A stretch of DNA of 64,000 nt. Origin: Pavona decussata. Its lineage: Eukaryota. The notes beneath the pieces are model-generated. The model saw nothing but the letters and a program-made list of their open reading frames with translations, was not told the origin of the DNA and did no database searches. Position numbers and translations under genes: made by a program. The DNA is taken from contig CDRNST010000027.1 of NCBI GenBank assembly GCA_977016875.1, forward strand, positions 2,666,001 through 2,730,000, read 5' to 3'. Below are positions 13,401-28,000 of the stretch, one piece after another (position 1 is the first letter of the stretch; each line of letters opens with the position of its first letter).

Positions 13401-16400
13401 ACATCTTTTGAAAAAAAAAAAAAAAAAGGCAGCAACAGTAATCATCATTTTATACTGTCTTCCATCCTCAGTTTCCATTCCTCACTTTAACTCTTTAAGC
13501 CCTAACAGTGATCAGCATCAAATTTCTCTTTGTAATATCAATGCTTATTAAACCTAAGGTCATGAGAATTAAGGATATGATCACCCAAGGTGGATTTTCT
13601 TGATGTTTAAAAAAAAAACTCTCCCCAGAACTTTTATAGAAAAGTATGGGGACAAGATGGGAGAATTTGTTCTTTGATGTTAGGGGTTAAAGGGTTAATG
13701 TCTAATGGTGGAATTATTTCTGCAAACCTTCTAATGCCTTCAGTGATGGATTCCATCTGTGCGTTAAGAGCTTTCCTAAGTGCACTCTCTCTTATGCCTT
13801 GGTGTGATAAACACTCGAGCAACAATTGCACTTCCTCTACAGTGTCATAACATGACCAGCTGTACGGAATGTCAGGTAACCTTTTGAAGGAAATAAATTA
13901 ATATCATTTACTAAACAAAATACAGGGAGTGTGATCAACTCAAATACCACTGACTGCACATCAAAAACCTCAGAACATGTTTACTACAAATCCAAAGGAG
14001 ACTACTCCTACCTCAGCTCCTGTACATCGTCTTTCTTATAAGCGTCCATCTTCCTTTCATCTTTCGTTTCACAAACTATTAACTCCAAGTCATCTTTATT
14101 GTAAGCATCCATCTTCCTTTCTTCTTTTGTTTCACCAACAATTTCCACATCACCATCAAAAGGTGCTTGCTTGCTGCCATCAGTTTCCATGGAAACTTCT
14201 TTGGAACTCTCATCAAATGTCTGAGAAAGATCCTCCAGGTTCCTCCAGCCTTGTTCTACATAAACACCAACTGCTATGCCATTGAACACCCAGTAACGGG
14301 CATGGTTGCGGTCATATCCAATGGGCTCCAATCTCTTTGTGTACTGGCAGTGAGCCATGTTAATCTGGAAAATGCATACAAAATAAAGGTCATCCTGCAG
14401 TGTTGTTAAACAGGGACCCACACTATAAAAGGGATAGCTCCTCCCACTTTTGTCACACAGTGTCTGCTTTAACATCACATTAGTGAGGCAGACATAGTGA
14501 GCAAGTAGGAAGTAAACGTTGTGGAATTAGTACATGTATTTCAAGAAATAAAACCAAACATGTCTTGAAAATTTAACCTAAGCTGTTAAAAGAATATTTT
14601 GGACAAAATATACTGTAATTGAGCTGTAAAAACAAATTTAATTTAACAAATTTCAAGTTTTATTCATGAAGTAAATGCTTTCCAAATTTTAAATTTATGC
14701 TGTCAATATTCACAGCTCAGTGTCCACAATGAAATGACTGGCAGCTTGGCCAGGACAAGGCTCCTTTTATAGTGCAGGTCCGCGTTTATCAAAACCCTAA
14801 ACTATAGGCTCAAAAGCTAAATTTAAGGCTTAACAAATGAGGTTGCATAGGGGTTAGCATGTTGGACTTTCAATCAAACCTTTGGTTAGAGGATGTGAAG
14901 GTCGGTGGTTCAAGGTGTGGTTGATCCCTGCATTGTGTTTGTCCCACATTGTTTCTCTTCACACAGGTGTACCAATGGTTACCAACCACATACTGCTGGA
15001 GGGTAACCCTGTGATGGACTAGCATCCCATCCAGGGAAGAGTAGTGAGGGGGTGTTTACATGTAAAAACGGTGCGACTTCCATACCAATATGACATTGTG
15101 ATTTCATATCATCTTTACATGAAGGGATGAGATTTCATTCCATGTTCACATGAAGGAACACTTCATGTCAGCCGACGTGTGTTTGAGTAAACAAATTTTG
15201 TGATCGCGAGGCCATCTTGCGTTGGATGTCAAAAACTATGCATGCGCTACCCGTTCCAGACTCTCTCAAGTGATTTCACGCTGGCCAGATGTACAGTCGT
15301 ACTGCCTTTACATGACGTCGGAATGAATTTTCGTACCGGAATGAAAATCTTGCTCCGGTACAGTGACCGGGGTGAACTTGCACATGTATGACTCGCTCCA
15401 GTATGAGATTTTGTACTGGTGTCATTTAAACAAAAACAGAGCCACAAGAGGGAACTGGAGTGAAGTCGTACCAGATTGAAAGTCACGCCGGTATCATGTA
15501 AACACCCCCTTATTTTCCTAATAATTAGCTTCATGCTAGAGAATTAACCGGGTTAAGCCGTCAAATCACAGGGCTTGGGCTCAAGGAGCAAAAACCCCAT
15601 CCCCCTCTGCTTGAGCCCTGAATCTCCATCTTTTAGTCTCAGAATTTGGTGCCCTCAGTATGGAAAAGGAGATATTAATGGAGTAAGGTAAATTTGGATG
15701 TTGATCACTTACATTCCACTGTTCTTTCTCTTCCTTTTCCAACCTAAAATTTAACAGTGACAACAATAGAGATTTCCATTAGAGAGGTTTACAATATGTT
15801 TACTACAAACAACAAACATAAGATTCGTGTATACGTTTTCTCGTACCAGTACATAGATGAGAATAACTTGCAAAATAATTCTGACCTTTGATGCTAATGC
15901 AATTTAACTACTCAATTTCACTGAGAAACTGAAAACACTGAGCAACAAATATAAGGTAAACTTGGTCATGTGGTCATTTCTGCCATTTACCATTTGCCGT
16001 AAATGTAATTCTAAATTCCTCTTATGTCAGTTTTGCAACTGAGTGAACTAATGGGCATAATCAATGTTATTTAGTGGCTACATGAGAATAAATTTGAAGT
16101 TGACTTCAGGTAAAGACATAAAATGAGTTAAACGATAGCCAAAGACAATAAAAATTATGATATTATTATTTATGCATTCAGTGTCAGGAACAGACATAAT
16201 TTTCAGAATGGCATACTTTTTACTACAACTACAAGAATTCTTTTTGTCTTTCCTTCTTATTTCGATTTTGTGATCTAGATGAATCCTTACAGTCGAACCA
16301 GGTCAAGCGTACCCCCCTAGACTCGATTAATGGATGGATTATTTGAAAATTGAACCCATTAGTCGTTTCAAAGAATGCATTCATTTATTCATTGTTAACG

Positions 16401-19400
16401 CGGATCAATGATCAAATTAAAATTTGCAGAACATAGATCCGCGCTAACAGTAAAAGCAATAGCCTGTAAAATTCAAACTACAGTACATTTGAAACAGCTT
16501 GTTCGTTCAAACTGTTCCTGCATGTTGTTGACACATTCATATAATTCGCTATGCAAATTTGGTCACGGCAAGAGTACAAAGTCAAGTGCTTGCAAATGAG
16601 TCGGGCTGAAAAATTCCAATTTATCTTTCATGTATAGCATTACCTACCTTGTAGCATGAAAAAGTTTGGTATATATTATTATTTTACCAGACTGTCCATT
16701 ATACGTCGACGAATTGCGCAACACATGTGCTGCCATTGTCGAAGGTCAACTGAAATGAACTTCTTTCACTGTGACTTTCGCATACTTTTCGCTAAATTAA
16801 TTTGCATATACCTCAAAAAGAGAACCGTTTGTTATAATAAAACGCTTCCAGTCCTTTTTCATTTTTGTTTTTGAATAACTAACGGAAAAAACGCAAGTGT
16901 ACAAACGTAAAATGTTCATTTAGTGATCATTAGTGAGTTTAAATTTACGCGACAGGACCCACCGTGCCCGGTTTAAAATGGCGAATTTTCTTTCTGACAG
17001 TACGCGTTGACTGCTGTAAATCACGAGAAGTCTTTTTTGGAAAATCCACTGTTATATAAATCAAGAATTGCCGCTCTGAATATATTGAGAGGGGATTTTC
17101 CCGTGGGCTTTCTGGTTTTCTGGTTTCATGCCTTGTTTGTACCCTGGTTCGTATAATCCAATCAGAAATCTAATTTTGATTTGAATACTTGAAACGACTA
17201 ACGGGTTCAATTTTCAAATAATGGATTCATTAATAGAATCTAGGGGGGTACGCTTGACCTGGTTCGTCTGTAAATAATAACAACCCTGATTTTTCATGGG
17301 AAACATTACAGATCTACTTGACATGTAAGTGCAACTGATATTCTTTTTGGCAATAGCATTAGGTATAATCAGTGACTTGATTCTTGCCTGTCCTTTTCTT
17401 CTTTCAGTTTCCTTTCTTCCTTATTTGCCATGTCTTCCCTTCGCTTTCTCATGGCCTTCACCACATCAGACACTTCTTCAGAGTCCTTCTTTGTGCCCGC
17501 ATCTTTTGTAGTCTCTTTTGTTGCTTTCTGTTCACCATCCTTGCTGGAGTTCTCTGATGCTGGATTAACAGAGGCCGCTGCTTCAGAGTTTGTATGTGAG
17601 GATTCTGTTTCTCCTGTGACAAGAAACAAAGGAACATGGTTTGAAACAAAAAAGATGGAAGACAGGAAAGAAGAAAGTTAGGAAGNNNNNNNNNNNNNNN
17701 NNNNNNNNNNNNNNNNNNNNNNNNNNNNNNNNNNNNNNNNNNNNNNNNNNNNNNNNNNNNNNNNNNNNNNNNNNNNNNNNNNNNNNNNNNNNNNNNNNNN
17801 NNNNNNNNNNNNNNNNNNNNNNNNNNNNNNNNNNNNNNNNNNNNNNNNNNNNNNNNNNNNNNNNNNNNNNNNNNNNNNNNNNNNNNNNGTTTAGTACTTT
17901 GGATAAGTCTCAATCCAGCAGATGTGGCAAAATGTAATTTAGGTAAAGTTAAACTCAAAACAATGCTGGTTAGCAACTCCTGCATGGCCTGGTATGTGAA
18001 GTGGCCCCTCGGTTCGTATGAGCCTTTGATGTCTATCAGAGTACTTGTCCATGGCAAACACTTCCCTCCTGTTTTCAGTGGCTTACAGTTTCATACTTTT
18101 AGGTTTTCCGCTTCTAGCCCCTTTCTCTAATGTTAGAGGTGGCTAATAGGTCCTTCAAAAATTATGGGTCTTGCAAAAATTTTAGCCAAATTTCACGAGT
18201 CTCGCAGGCTCATTTTTTTGGCAGTTATGTACATCTCACAGTCCAATTTTTTTTACGAAGCCATCTTGGAGTCTGGATCTTTTGCCAGGCTAAGGAAGCC
18301 TTGAAGTCCTGATTTGTTTGTTTGATTAATGATGTCTTCTCATTAGTTAAATACATGTTCATGATCAGTATCTTTTTCATGCCCACTGATTTTATCAGTG
18401 TGATGGTGCCCACAGGGTTGATTATGCACTGCATTCAGCTTGTATATCCCACGGCACCACCAACCTTTCAGGCAACAACCCCCAAGCTCAACAACATAGG
18501 GTTTACACACCTTTTTCTGTGCAAAATTCATTTACTTTTTCCACACTTATTTTAAACCATTATTTTCTTTTTTTCCTGACTCAAGGTTATGAGTAAAATC
18601 TCAGACCAGATAGTACTGTTGGGGGGTAGGGTAGGGAAAGTTCTCATGATTTGCCAATTGAACATTTTCGCTAAGACAAAATTTAAATGGAATTTGACTA
18701 GCTGGCAAAGATTAATTCACTCAAGAATTAAGCACTTGCTGCAGCTTTGCAGAAACTCCAGACTTTTTAAAAAAATTTTCAGACTTTATCTTTATTTTCC
18801 ACACTTTTTCCAGGTCTCGAAAACTAGTCAGCACACTCCCTTACTTTTTCAAGAATTCCAGACCCTGTACAAACCCTATCAGTAGGTGACAAATTTAATT
18901 TATTTGCCTTCAATTAGTTGGAGTACGCTTCATCTGCTGGATCCACTGGATAAAGTCATATGCTCTGGCCAGATGTGCGGATACTTGGGCAACAGTGCGA
19001 CTATCACACCATAATAGTGAAATTAACTATAAATTGTACCTTTTTTGTTGAGATCATCCATCGTAAGTTGCTGAAAAGGAAGACAACAGTTACTTAGTCT
19101 AATGGAGTAAAAGCATTCATAATGTCATTGAGACATTGCAAACAAAATTTTTTGCTAGGTTCACCTGGTGGCTTATTGGTAACAACTTATACCCATGGAT
19201 AGAGAGAGGCTCTGTAGTGTACTCTCGTTTAATTAAAACCAGGAATACAGTGGTTAAAATAAAACAGATTTTGGTGGTTATTACTTCAGTGGTTAAAATA
19301 AAATAGTTTTTGGTGGTTATTAATAATTATGGTGGTTCAAATAAAACAGTTTTTCGTGGTTATTAACATGGTGTTGCACATTATGAATGTGTTTACCATC

Positions 19401-20424
19401 GCAGCAGCACAGATTTTAAAGACAAGAAAAAAAAGGCCAACTGTTGGGACAAAATCGGGCAGAAGTCTAATTTATCAGCTGGGGAAGCAGAGGCCAAATT
19501 TCACAACATAAGAACTGCATACCGTCATTATCGAATCCAAAACCGATATTTTGGAGCTGACGACCACATTGCTTCATGACAAACAGAAGAAGTAAGTTTG
19601 CTTGTAGCAAAACTTCCTCTTTCACATCCCCCATGTTGTTTGCTCTTCAGCCTACATGCGCATGTCTATTTGACGTTCCCGCAGACCAAAACATATGGCT
19701 ACGGTCCATTCTGCAATCGTTTCAATTGTATGGAAACAGCCTTTTTTGCGATGGTCTGCGATTGTTTGCGATCTGCCATCGTCTGCCATCATATGGAAAC
19801 CAGCCTTAAGAAAGTCACATCTGGTGCAGCTGTAGATGAGGGACGTTTAATCTATCTAAATTCCATTCCTCCATAGGGAATTTGAGCATCACATTTATAA
19901 CTAGTAGACTAGTATAAATTTGAAAGGGATATAAATGACCCAAAATGGTGGGATTTGACCTTATGCGACCAGTTTTTGGACCCAAGGCAAGGCTGTTGCC
20001 TAAGAAAAATTCCACAAAGTCCACAAGGCCAAAAACTGAGAAGTTAAGAGCCCAACATGTGAAGTGTTAGGTGCTGCTGCAAAAAATTAGGTGTCCAGAG
20101 CACTTTTGTGGGCACCCAGGCTGCCGGGCTCCTATTTAAGGCAGCAGCCTTGCAAGGCTCAGGAGATCTTGATTTGAAAAACAATCTTAAAGAAAGTGGA
20201 GTAAGACTGATAGAGGTATAAGCATTGTACTTGTTTTAATCAAATTTTTATGTTTCCTTTTCAACTTCAATAAACCAGCTTGAACTTGACACAAGTAATC
20301 ACAAGACATACACATTAGAATTGGTAATAAGACTACAGCAGTAGCTTTACTCGTTCTGATTTTTTAAAATGTTTAAGTTTCTCACAATACGACCAGCTCC
20401 CAGTTGGCTTGATAGCTCAGTTGG

Positions 20425-20460
<36 letters not shown>

Positions 20461-22061
20461 TGAATCCCATTCAAGCCTGAATTTTTTTCAGGCTTTTTTT
20501 TTTGCAACTGCTTAAGTTGCATGCTAACTGCGAGGATCTTAACCTTTCTTCTATTTAATTTACTCATTCTGAAGGTGACGATTTTTACCTTTTTGCTTTC
20601 CTCATCCTCCTTTTGTTTTTGCAACTCTTCTTTCTCTCTCTTCAGTCTCTCATTTTCCTCTTTTTGCTGGTCTTTCTTTTCCTTTAACTTTGCCATTTTT
20701 TCTTTCCTTTTTAACAGGAATTCATAAGTAAATCAGAGCATACTAATCAGTAAAGATCTTTCCAAAACATCCTCACCACCAGTTTTGACTTAGCTTCCCT
20801 TCCCTTTTGGCTTGTCACAAAATCTTTTCTTCCCAACAAGTCTTCTGGAGGAAAGAGTGTCTGTGAGAGAGGCTAGTTTTGACTTTTGTTTACTTTAAGC
20901 TACAATCCTGGTCAAAACGTTTTGAAACAGCCCTCTCCCCTACTCAGTGTAATTATTTCTAGCCTTTGTTGTTTATTTCTATCAAGTTCACCACCTCCAC
21001 CATTAGGATCAGTCTGCCGTCGGTATTTTGTATTTGAAATAATTATTTTGCTGATCCAGGTCTACAAGTGATCCAGCACCACTCAATCGGTTTGTCGCTG
21101 TAAAATTGCAGATTTATTTTATTTGCTTTCACTAAGTTGACCACCCAACAACCACACAGTAGAAAATTCCATGAGATAATAGAGTTACCAATCATGTGTG
21201 CAACATATCTGCTGATTGTTCTAAAGCTTAGAAATCTACTGGTACCTTAATTCTGTGGCCGCAGCAAATTGGCTTCCCATGTAGTCATCAAAGGCATCGG
21301 ATGATAGAACCTCATGGCACAGGGTCACCAGGATCTACAAGAAACCAGGACACCATACTATTTTAAATGACATACACAAAGGGTGCCAAAGTTCAAGACT
21401 CATATTTCCAAACTAATTGCAAACAAAATTATGGTTAAGTTCAGACTGAAACAAACCCCTTCCCCTCCCCAAAGGAAAGACCCCCCCGCTCCCCGAAAGA
21501 GATATTGACGTTTTGTGGTTGTTGTAAGCCCAGAAAAGATCATCCTCCAAAAGAATGCATATCTTCCATTCTCAGAGTGACAATCTCAACACGAGGAAAG
21601 GGTTGTGGACAAGTGAACCTTCACAACTTATAATTAAGTACAACTGTTCAAAACAAATTAATTATCAAGCCAGCCTTAATGTACAACAGCGAGGGGAAAA
21701 GAGAAGACAGAAGATTGATGTTTCCCAGTTCAATACATGAAGCACATTTTAAAATAAGATGCCTGCAAAGCACCTCAAGCCAACAAATCAAAGAGATAAC
21801 AGGTATTGATTTGATATCAAACATGAGAAGATGGAACAGGGTCAATTATACAACAAAGAAACAGAGAGAAACACTGCATTACAACACTGGAATGGAGGTC
21901 AGAAGGGAAAAGAGAAGATGGGCAAGGTCCCCCAAACAACATTAAGGCAAATGGTGGAAGATGAAAGGTACATGTAGAAAACAGAGTGGACGTCATGAGT
22001 AAGTGTAAATCAAAGTTGATGGAAAGAGAACACCAAAGCCGCAAGTTTCTTGTGCAACCAC

Positions 22062-22096
<35 letters not shown>

Positions 22097-25000
22097 ATCC
22101 TAAGCAATGCCACGGGAGCATACTAGGGTATTCACCAATACAAGATATCTGCAATTATACCAGTCTGAGTTTCTGTTGCATACTTTTTTTAAGAGGTAAG
22201 GCTGTTAGCCTTGAGCTTGTGCCTCATGCCCAATCTCCAGCCTGCTGGTAAGAGCCTCCCCCCACCCTCTCCAATAATAAGGCTGCACTGTACACTATTG
22301 CTCCACATTGAAGTACCTTTAACACAGAAAGTCTGTGAAAACACTCTCAATGTACCTTTATCTTTTCATCAGCAGTGAGACTGTACAGTTCAGCATGCTG
22401 CAGTGATTCAAGGATTCCCTGAAGCTGTTTGTCTTCTTCATTAGCTGTTAAGATTTTGAGTTTTGAGCTCAGGTAGAGTCGGGACACCTCTGATGCTGTT
22501 TGCTGTGTCAGTGGCATTTCCGAGAGTTGCATGCCTACCTCTGTACCCTTAAAGTGGGAATAATAATGCAACATTAATTTAATAGGAACCACTGTCAGTT
22601 GATGTTAATTTTGGCTTAAATCTTAAATCCTGCTTTGAGCATGGCACTGTAGTCTAAGAAAGGCACTCTCATTCTATGTTAATAAAGGTTTCAAATTATT
22701 GTGCAGTTTCCAGAAAATATCCACACTCCCCCCTTTGGAAGGATTTTTGTTTTGTACGCCCCTCCCCCAGGAAATTCCAGTTTAGTTTGACTTTCATACT
22801 TTACTTTTACAATTTTAGCTTTTAAAAACCCCCTCCCCCTAGGAAAAATGATGACCTTCCATGGGGTGGGTATGGATTTTTTCTGGAGCTGTACATTATA
22901 GCAAAGAAAGGGGTTTCATTTTAGAAGGGCTGAGCACCAGGTAAATAGACCATCTGTAAAAACGGTGTAGAACTTTGCCTGGCTGCCATTTTCCATAAAA
23001 AAACATACCCAAGTCAACTCTCTTGCCTGCCTGTTCAAAATCTTAATGAAACCCTTGCGAAGTCCTACCAACATAACTGTCAGGTTCAGACCGGTGAAAA
23101 CAATGGCATGAACCAAACTCTTTTCAGGTCACACAGGTAAATTACAGGTGAGATTAATTTTTTTTGTTGGGGGGGGGGGGGGATCTTATTGTGCAGTTCC
23201 TGAAACACTCCATACCCACCCCATGGAAGGTCACCGAAAATTCTTAGAGGGAGGGGGGGTCTTAGAAGCTAGAATTGGAGCAAAATTTTGCAATTCAAAA
23301 ACTATTAAGACAGCTTGAAAGACCAAGATATTACCCCTTTAGCCCCTAATTTCAAAAACTTGCCCCCATAATTCTCTTATAAAAGTACTGGGGAGAGGTT
23401 ATTAAAATATCAAGAAAATTCACCTTGGGTGATCATATCCTTAATGCTCATGACCTTAGGCTAGGGTTTGAATAAGCATTGATATTACAAGGAGAAATTT
23501 GCGATGCTGATCACTGTTAGGGCTTAAAAGGGTTAACAGTATCTCAAGGGGATGACTTGAAGCATGTGGTTTACACTACATTTCATAGTACCCAAGCATA
23601 CAGTCATAAGCTCTGTTATACACACTCAAAAAAAAAACCAGGTACAAGCTACAGAAGCCTTTAACACGATACCCCTAAACTACAAAGTTGGGCCTAGAGA
23701 TCCATGCACAAATTACAATTTTTCATCTTCCATTTTATGGGCCATGGGCACCTGTAGTAAAATTAAAGAGCCTTCAAGTGTGAACCCACCTTGGTTGAAC
23801 TGTCCTGTAACAGGATCTGTAAGAAGATGACTAATATTCTTGACACCAGAGCAAAGCCTTTAACACCTGCCACCAAGGCCTCTGATAAATTATCTGCCAG
23901 AAATAATGAAACAGTATTGACCATTAAAAGGTTCTTTACTTTTACAATGAAAAGAGTTAAACAGTCAAATTAGAAAGAATTTTACTTATTAACAAGCTAT
24001 TTGTCTCTTAATTTATGGCCAGTTCAGAGAGGCACAGCAAACAACAAACCCTTAATCTGCAAACTGCCACCCCCCCCCCCCCAGAAAAAATGAAGGGCTT
24101 CTACCATTAACCGGGCATTAGTGCCTTTTAGACCACTTGCTGTTGTTTTGGTGCAGATTTTGCTTGATTTTTTGCATGCCCTCAATTCTGAAATACAGCA
24201 GCAGATGAAGCATTGACAGGGGCCCTTTTTCAATGGAATTAAAAGTCACACGCACAAAAATGTTACTGGCAAAGTTGACAAACATTCTCACCTATGGAAA
24301 TATGCAGCGTTTCCTTCGGGACAAGAAGATCTCGGAAGGTGTGAACAAATTCTGCTATCATGGCTACATCGCTGAATGATTCAGGTGATATTCCAGTTAG
24401 TTGATTGACAGGTTTGGCTGGAGGAAGAGGCTTTAAGTCTAAAAGCTCGTGATCTTCTGGTTTCTGCAAAACAGGTGTGAAATTACTCATCAAGAGAAGA
24501 CCAAACACCATAATTTTACTTTAAGCTATATAATATTTGTTCCAACATGCAGTCACTTCAAGGGAGACTCACCTTCTTGGCCACAAGTTTTCCATTTAAC
24601 TGCCTAAAATAGAATGAACCAGAAAACAAATCAAGCATGTGGGAATTACTTCGCTTGTAGGAAAAAACAAGGAGAAGCACAAGGAAACATAACTTGTAGC
24701 AATGCAACATCCACTAACAGACTGATTTTTGATCAACTTAACTGCTTAGGTTTCTTCTCCATATTCTAATGCACAGCAACGAGGGCAGGAATATGTATGT
24801 TGACACTGGGAGCTTAAGGGTTAATGGACCGTAGTTATTGGTGGATGTATGTTTATTCATTTTGTTCATGTTAGGAAATATTTTAAGGGAGGGGGAGCTT
24901 TACCTTTGTAGCTTTATTCTCTCCAATCTATTCTTGGCCTTTTCTTCTGCACTCATTGTTTTCCTTAAAAACAAAATTTTTTGTGCATTAATGACTGTCT

Positions 25001-28000
25001 CTGATGAAACCATCATGATCTTCTTCAATAAGTAACAATCAGGTTGTAAGTAGAAAGCACATTTATTTATTTATTTATTTTGGTAATTCTGTGTTAAGTC
25101 ATTTCCAGAAATTTGCAAGGTACAAGGGCTGGAGAAATAACAGAACTGAGCACTCAGAAAGACACAAGTTTGTGAAAAAAAAAAATGATAAGATATATAA
25201 AAAAAGCAAAAGAAGTGAAGATTGTTTTGTGCATTTACACTTGAAACCCGTTGAAGAGCTTGAGTGAAAGACACTATTCCAAACAAAAAAAAAATGAATT
25301 AAGGGTAAATTGTCTGATGTGAGTTTTAGTTAAAAAAATGATAATTAGTCTTGACGCACAATAATAATGTGCCAATCCCATACACAAGAGCGCTCTCAGC
25401 TTACATCATCATGACATAAAGTCTCACCATTTTATCCTTTCTTGGTGGGCATGCCACTTCTCAGCCACGTGATCACGCTGCTGGGTGGGAAGGTTCAGAA
25501 CTAGATTGCTTGGGGAAGACACTTCTTTCACAGTTTCCCTGATTAAAGCATTCAGTGCACTAGGTTTATCTTTCTGTGATGCAGCACTGAACCTGGCAAC
25601 GGAACAAAGATAGGTCAATTAATAAACAGGTACAACTTCAACTGATCATTAATCAACCTAGGAACTAAACATGGTTTGGTTTCTCTGGCATGAAGCAACT
25701 ACAAGGAGTAATTTGCTACTCCCCCCTGGATGGGATGCTAGACCATTTGCAGGTGTATGTTGCAGTACCCATTTGAAGGGCTCACGGCATACCCGACAAC
25801 TAAGTGCCTTTTACACCCCTTTTTAGAATCCGCAACTTTTTCTTTCCGGATACGAAAATATCCGTGCCCACACGTTATGTGATCGCAGCGTATTCAAATC
25901 GAATTTGCCCGTCCACACGTATTCGGATTCACTCAGGATTCACTATAGAATCGTCGAGGACGGCATTGCTTTCCTGCTCATTTAAGTTGTTTCTGCCAGC
26001 CGTTTTGTCCGGTAGACAATGTAAAGAGCTTACAGATGTCAAGCCGCCTTCTGGCATAACTTATTTCAGCATTTAGTATCTTTTCACTTTTTTTGCAGTT
26101 CGTTTAGGGTAAATACCCATGATTATGGGCAAGATTTCCCTTCAAATCACAAAACAAAGCGCAAAGCAGCGGATAAAACATCAAGCCAATGTTTCCTAAA
26201 GGAAATGAAGGCCTGATTTACATGGTACGACGTTGTCGCATGCGACAAGCTTACGACAGGCCTATGACATGAATTGTTTCATGTAAATCAAACGTACAAC
26301 TCGCTTACGACTGTCGTGTACGTCACAAAAAAAGTTGTAGGATTTTAAAACATGTTTCAAAATCCTACGACAATCGTAGGTATTGTCAATGTTGAATGAC
26401 GAGAGTTGTATGCCACGTTTTGCATGATGCAACCAGCGCGCGCTCTAGAAATTGCATGCGACAGTCAGGTAAGCAAAAGTCGTACCATGTAAATTGGCCT
26501 TAAAAGGGGCTATAGGTTAGTTATGCCCAAAGCCCTTCATGTATACACCTGTGTGAAGCGTGACAATGTTGAGTATATAATTAAAATTTCTTGTTTAACC
26601 CTTTCACTCCCAAGAGTGCCAGTGGCACAAGAAGTCATTGCGTGCCCAATATTAGGTCAATTTGCATCAAATTTGGACACCAAACAGATCTTGGAGAGAT
26701 CTGCACAATGGAAGCATAAAATCTTACCCCCCTCCTACATAAGACATGATTAACCACCCTTCCATATTTTGTAACTTTTTCCTCTTACACTTTTAAGATG
26801 AAGTCGCCATTAGACAAGAAACTATGTGCTGAGATCTGCAAATTAAGCTATAGTTCAGGGGTATACCCAGTGTATACGAGAAGTGAGATGTATTTTAAGG
26901 TTTATATTTTCTCGTTTTAAACACTTTTCATTCTTTTCTGTTACTTCCTTTGTCTTAGCTGGAATGATTTATACAATGCCCCAGATAAAACCTTTAAATT
27001 GGTGTACTACAGTTAGTGTGGGGGTTCACAGTTGCCGTTTTACAAAAATACGACATTTCCCAAACAAAAAGACAACAAAGGTTGAGCCTGACTTCAAACA
27101 ATAGGAAGCATAGATGTTTGTGAGCCATGGACGGCAACCGGAAGTCGAATATTTCCTTTTTTTGGCGTGGTTTTGCTCCTTACCACAGACAGGAAAAGCT
27201 CTTGTTGATGACTGTGGCTTGGCATTACAAACGCGATGATGTGAAAAGGTTCCAAAAACTGAAAAATTCAATTCCGGGTTGCTGTTGTGGCTCAAAAACG
27301 TCTGTGCTTAAGTTCCCTATTCTAACCACTACATTGCTGCACATCCCCACCCCTCAACCAACTTATGAGAAAGTCATTAACTAAGGACACCCACCTAGCA
27401 ATTTTGAGCACTGAGCACCACTTTCTGAAGAACAAAGTAACAAGAAGTACCCCCCTCCCCCCACTGGCTGGAATACTTAGCCTATCCCTTTGAAGAGTTA
27501 CTTTTATTACTTCAGGGCAAATGGCAGATGAACACTACAAGTTTTGGAAAATCTCAAATTTCCCCTGTTTTGAGTACCATAAATTTCTGGTCCCGGTAAT
27601 ATCATGTTATCCCAAGCTTTGAACAACTAGGCCCTAAATATTACCCACTCTCCCACCACCCAAAATATAAGTCCTCAAAATCTGAGCTGCTAAGATCATG
27701 GTGATAAAAAAAAAAACATACGCCCCCCCCCTCCCCCGTTGGCTGTTAGCGTGATGCTTCAAGCTGTTTTTATTGCTAAACTTTCAGTAACTCAAATTTT
27801 GTACACTTTAAACAGTTTTTATTTCCTGTCCTGATGATTTCCAACAATGGCAAAAAATGTTTTCTCGCTAACTTGCAGTCATCTCAGAGATGAATCCTGA
27901 GTTCAGTAACACACAAAACTTACATTTCAGACAATGTTTTCTGTTTCTTTGCTTTGATCTTTGGTGATAAGGGGGCAGCCTTGCCATCATTCGTTTTCTT

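Noticed and set aside
20406-20478. Functional tRNA gene
   Set aside because: T-loop is TTTGAAT rather than TTCGAAT, the anticodon arm is mispaired and lacks U33, and it sits in a TSD-flanked repeat
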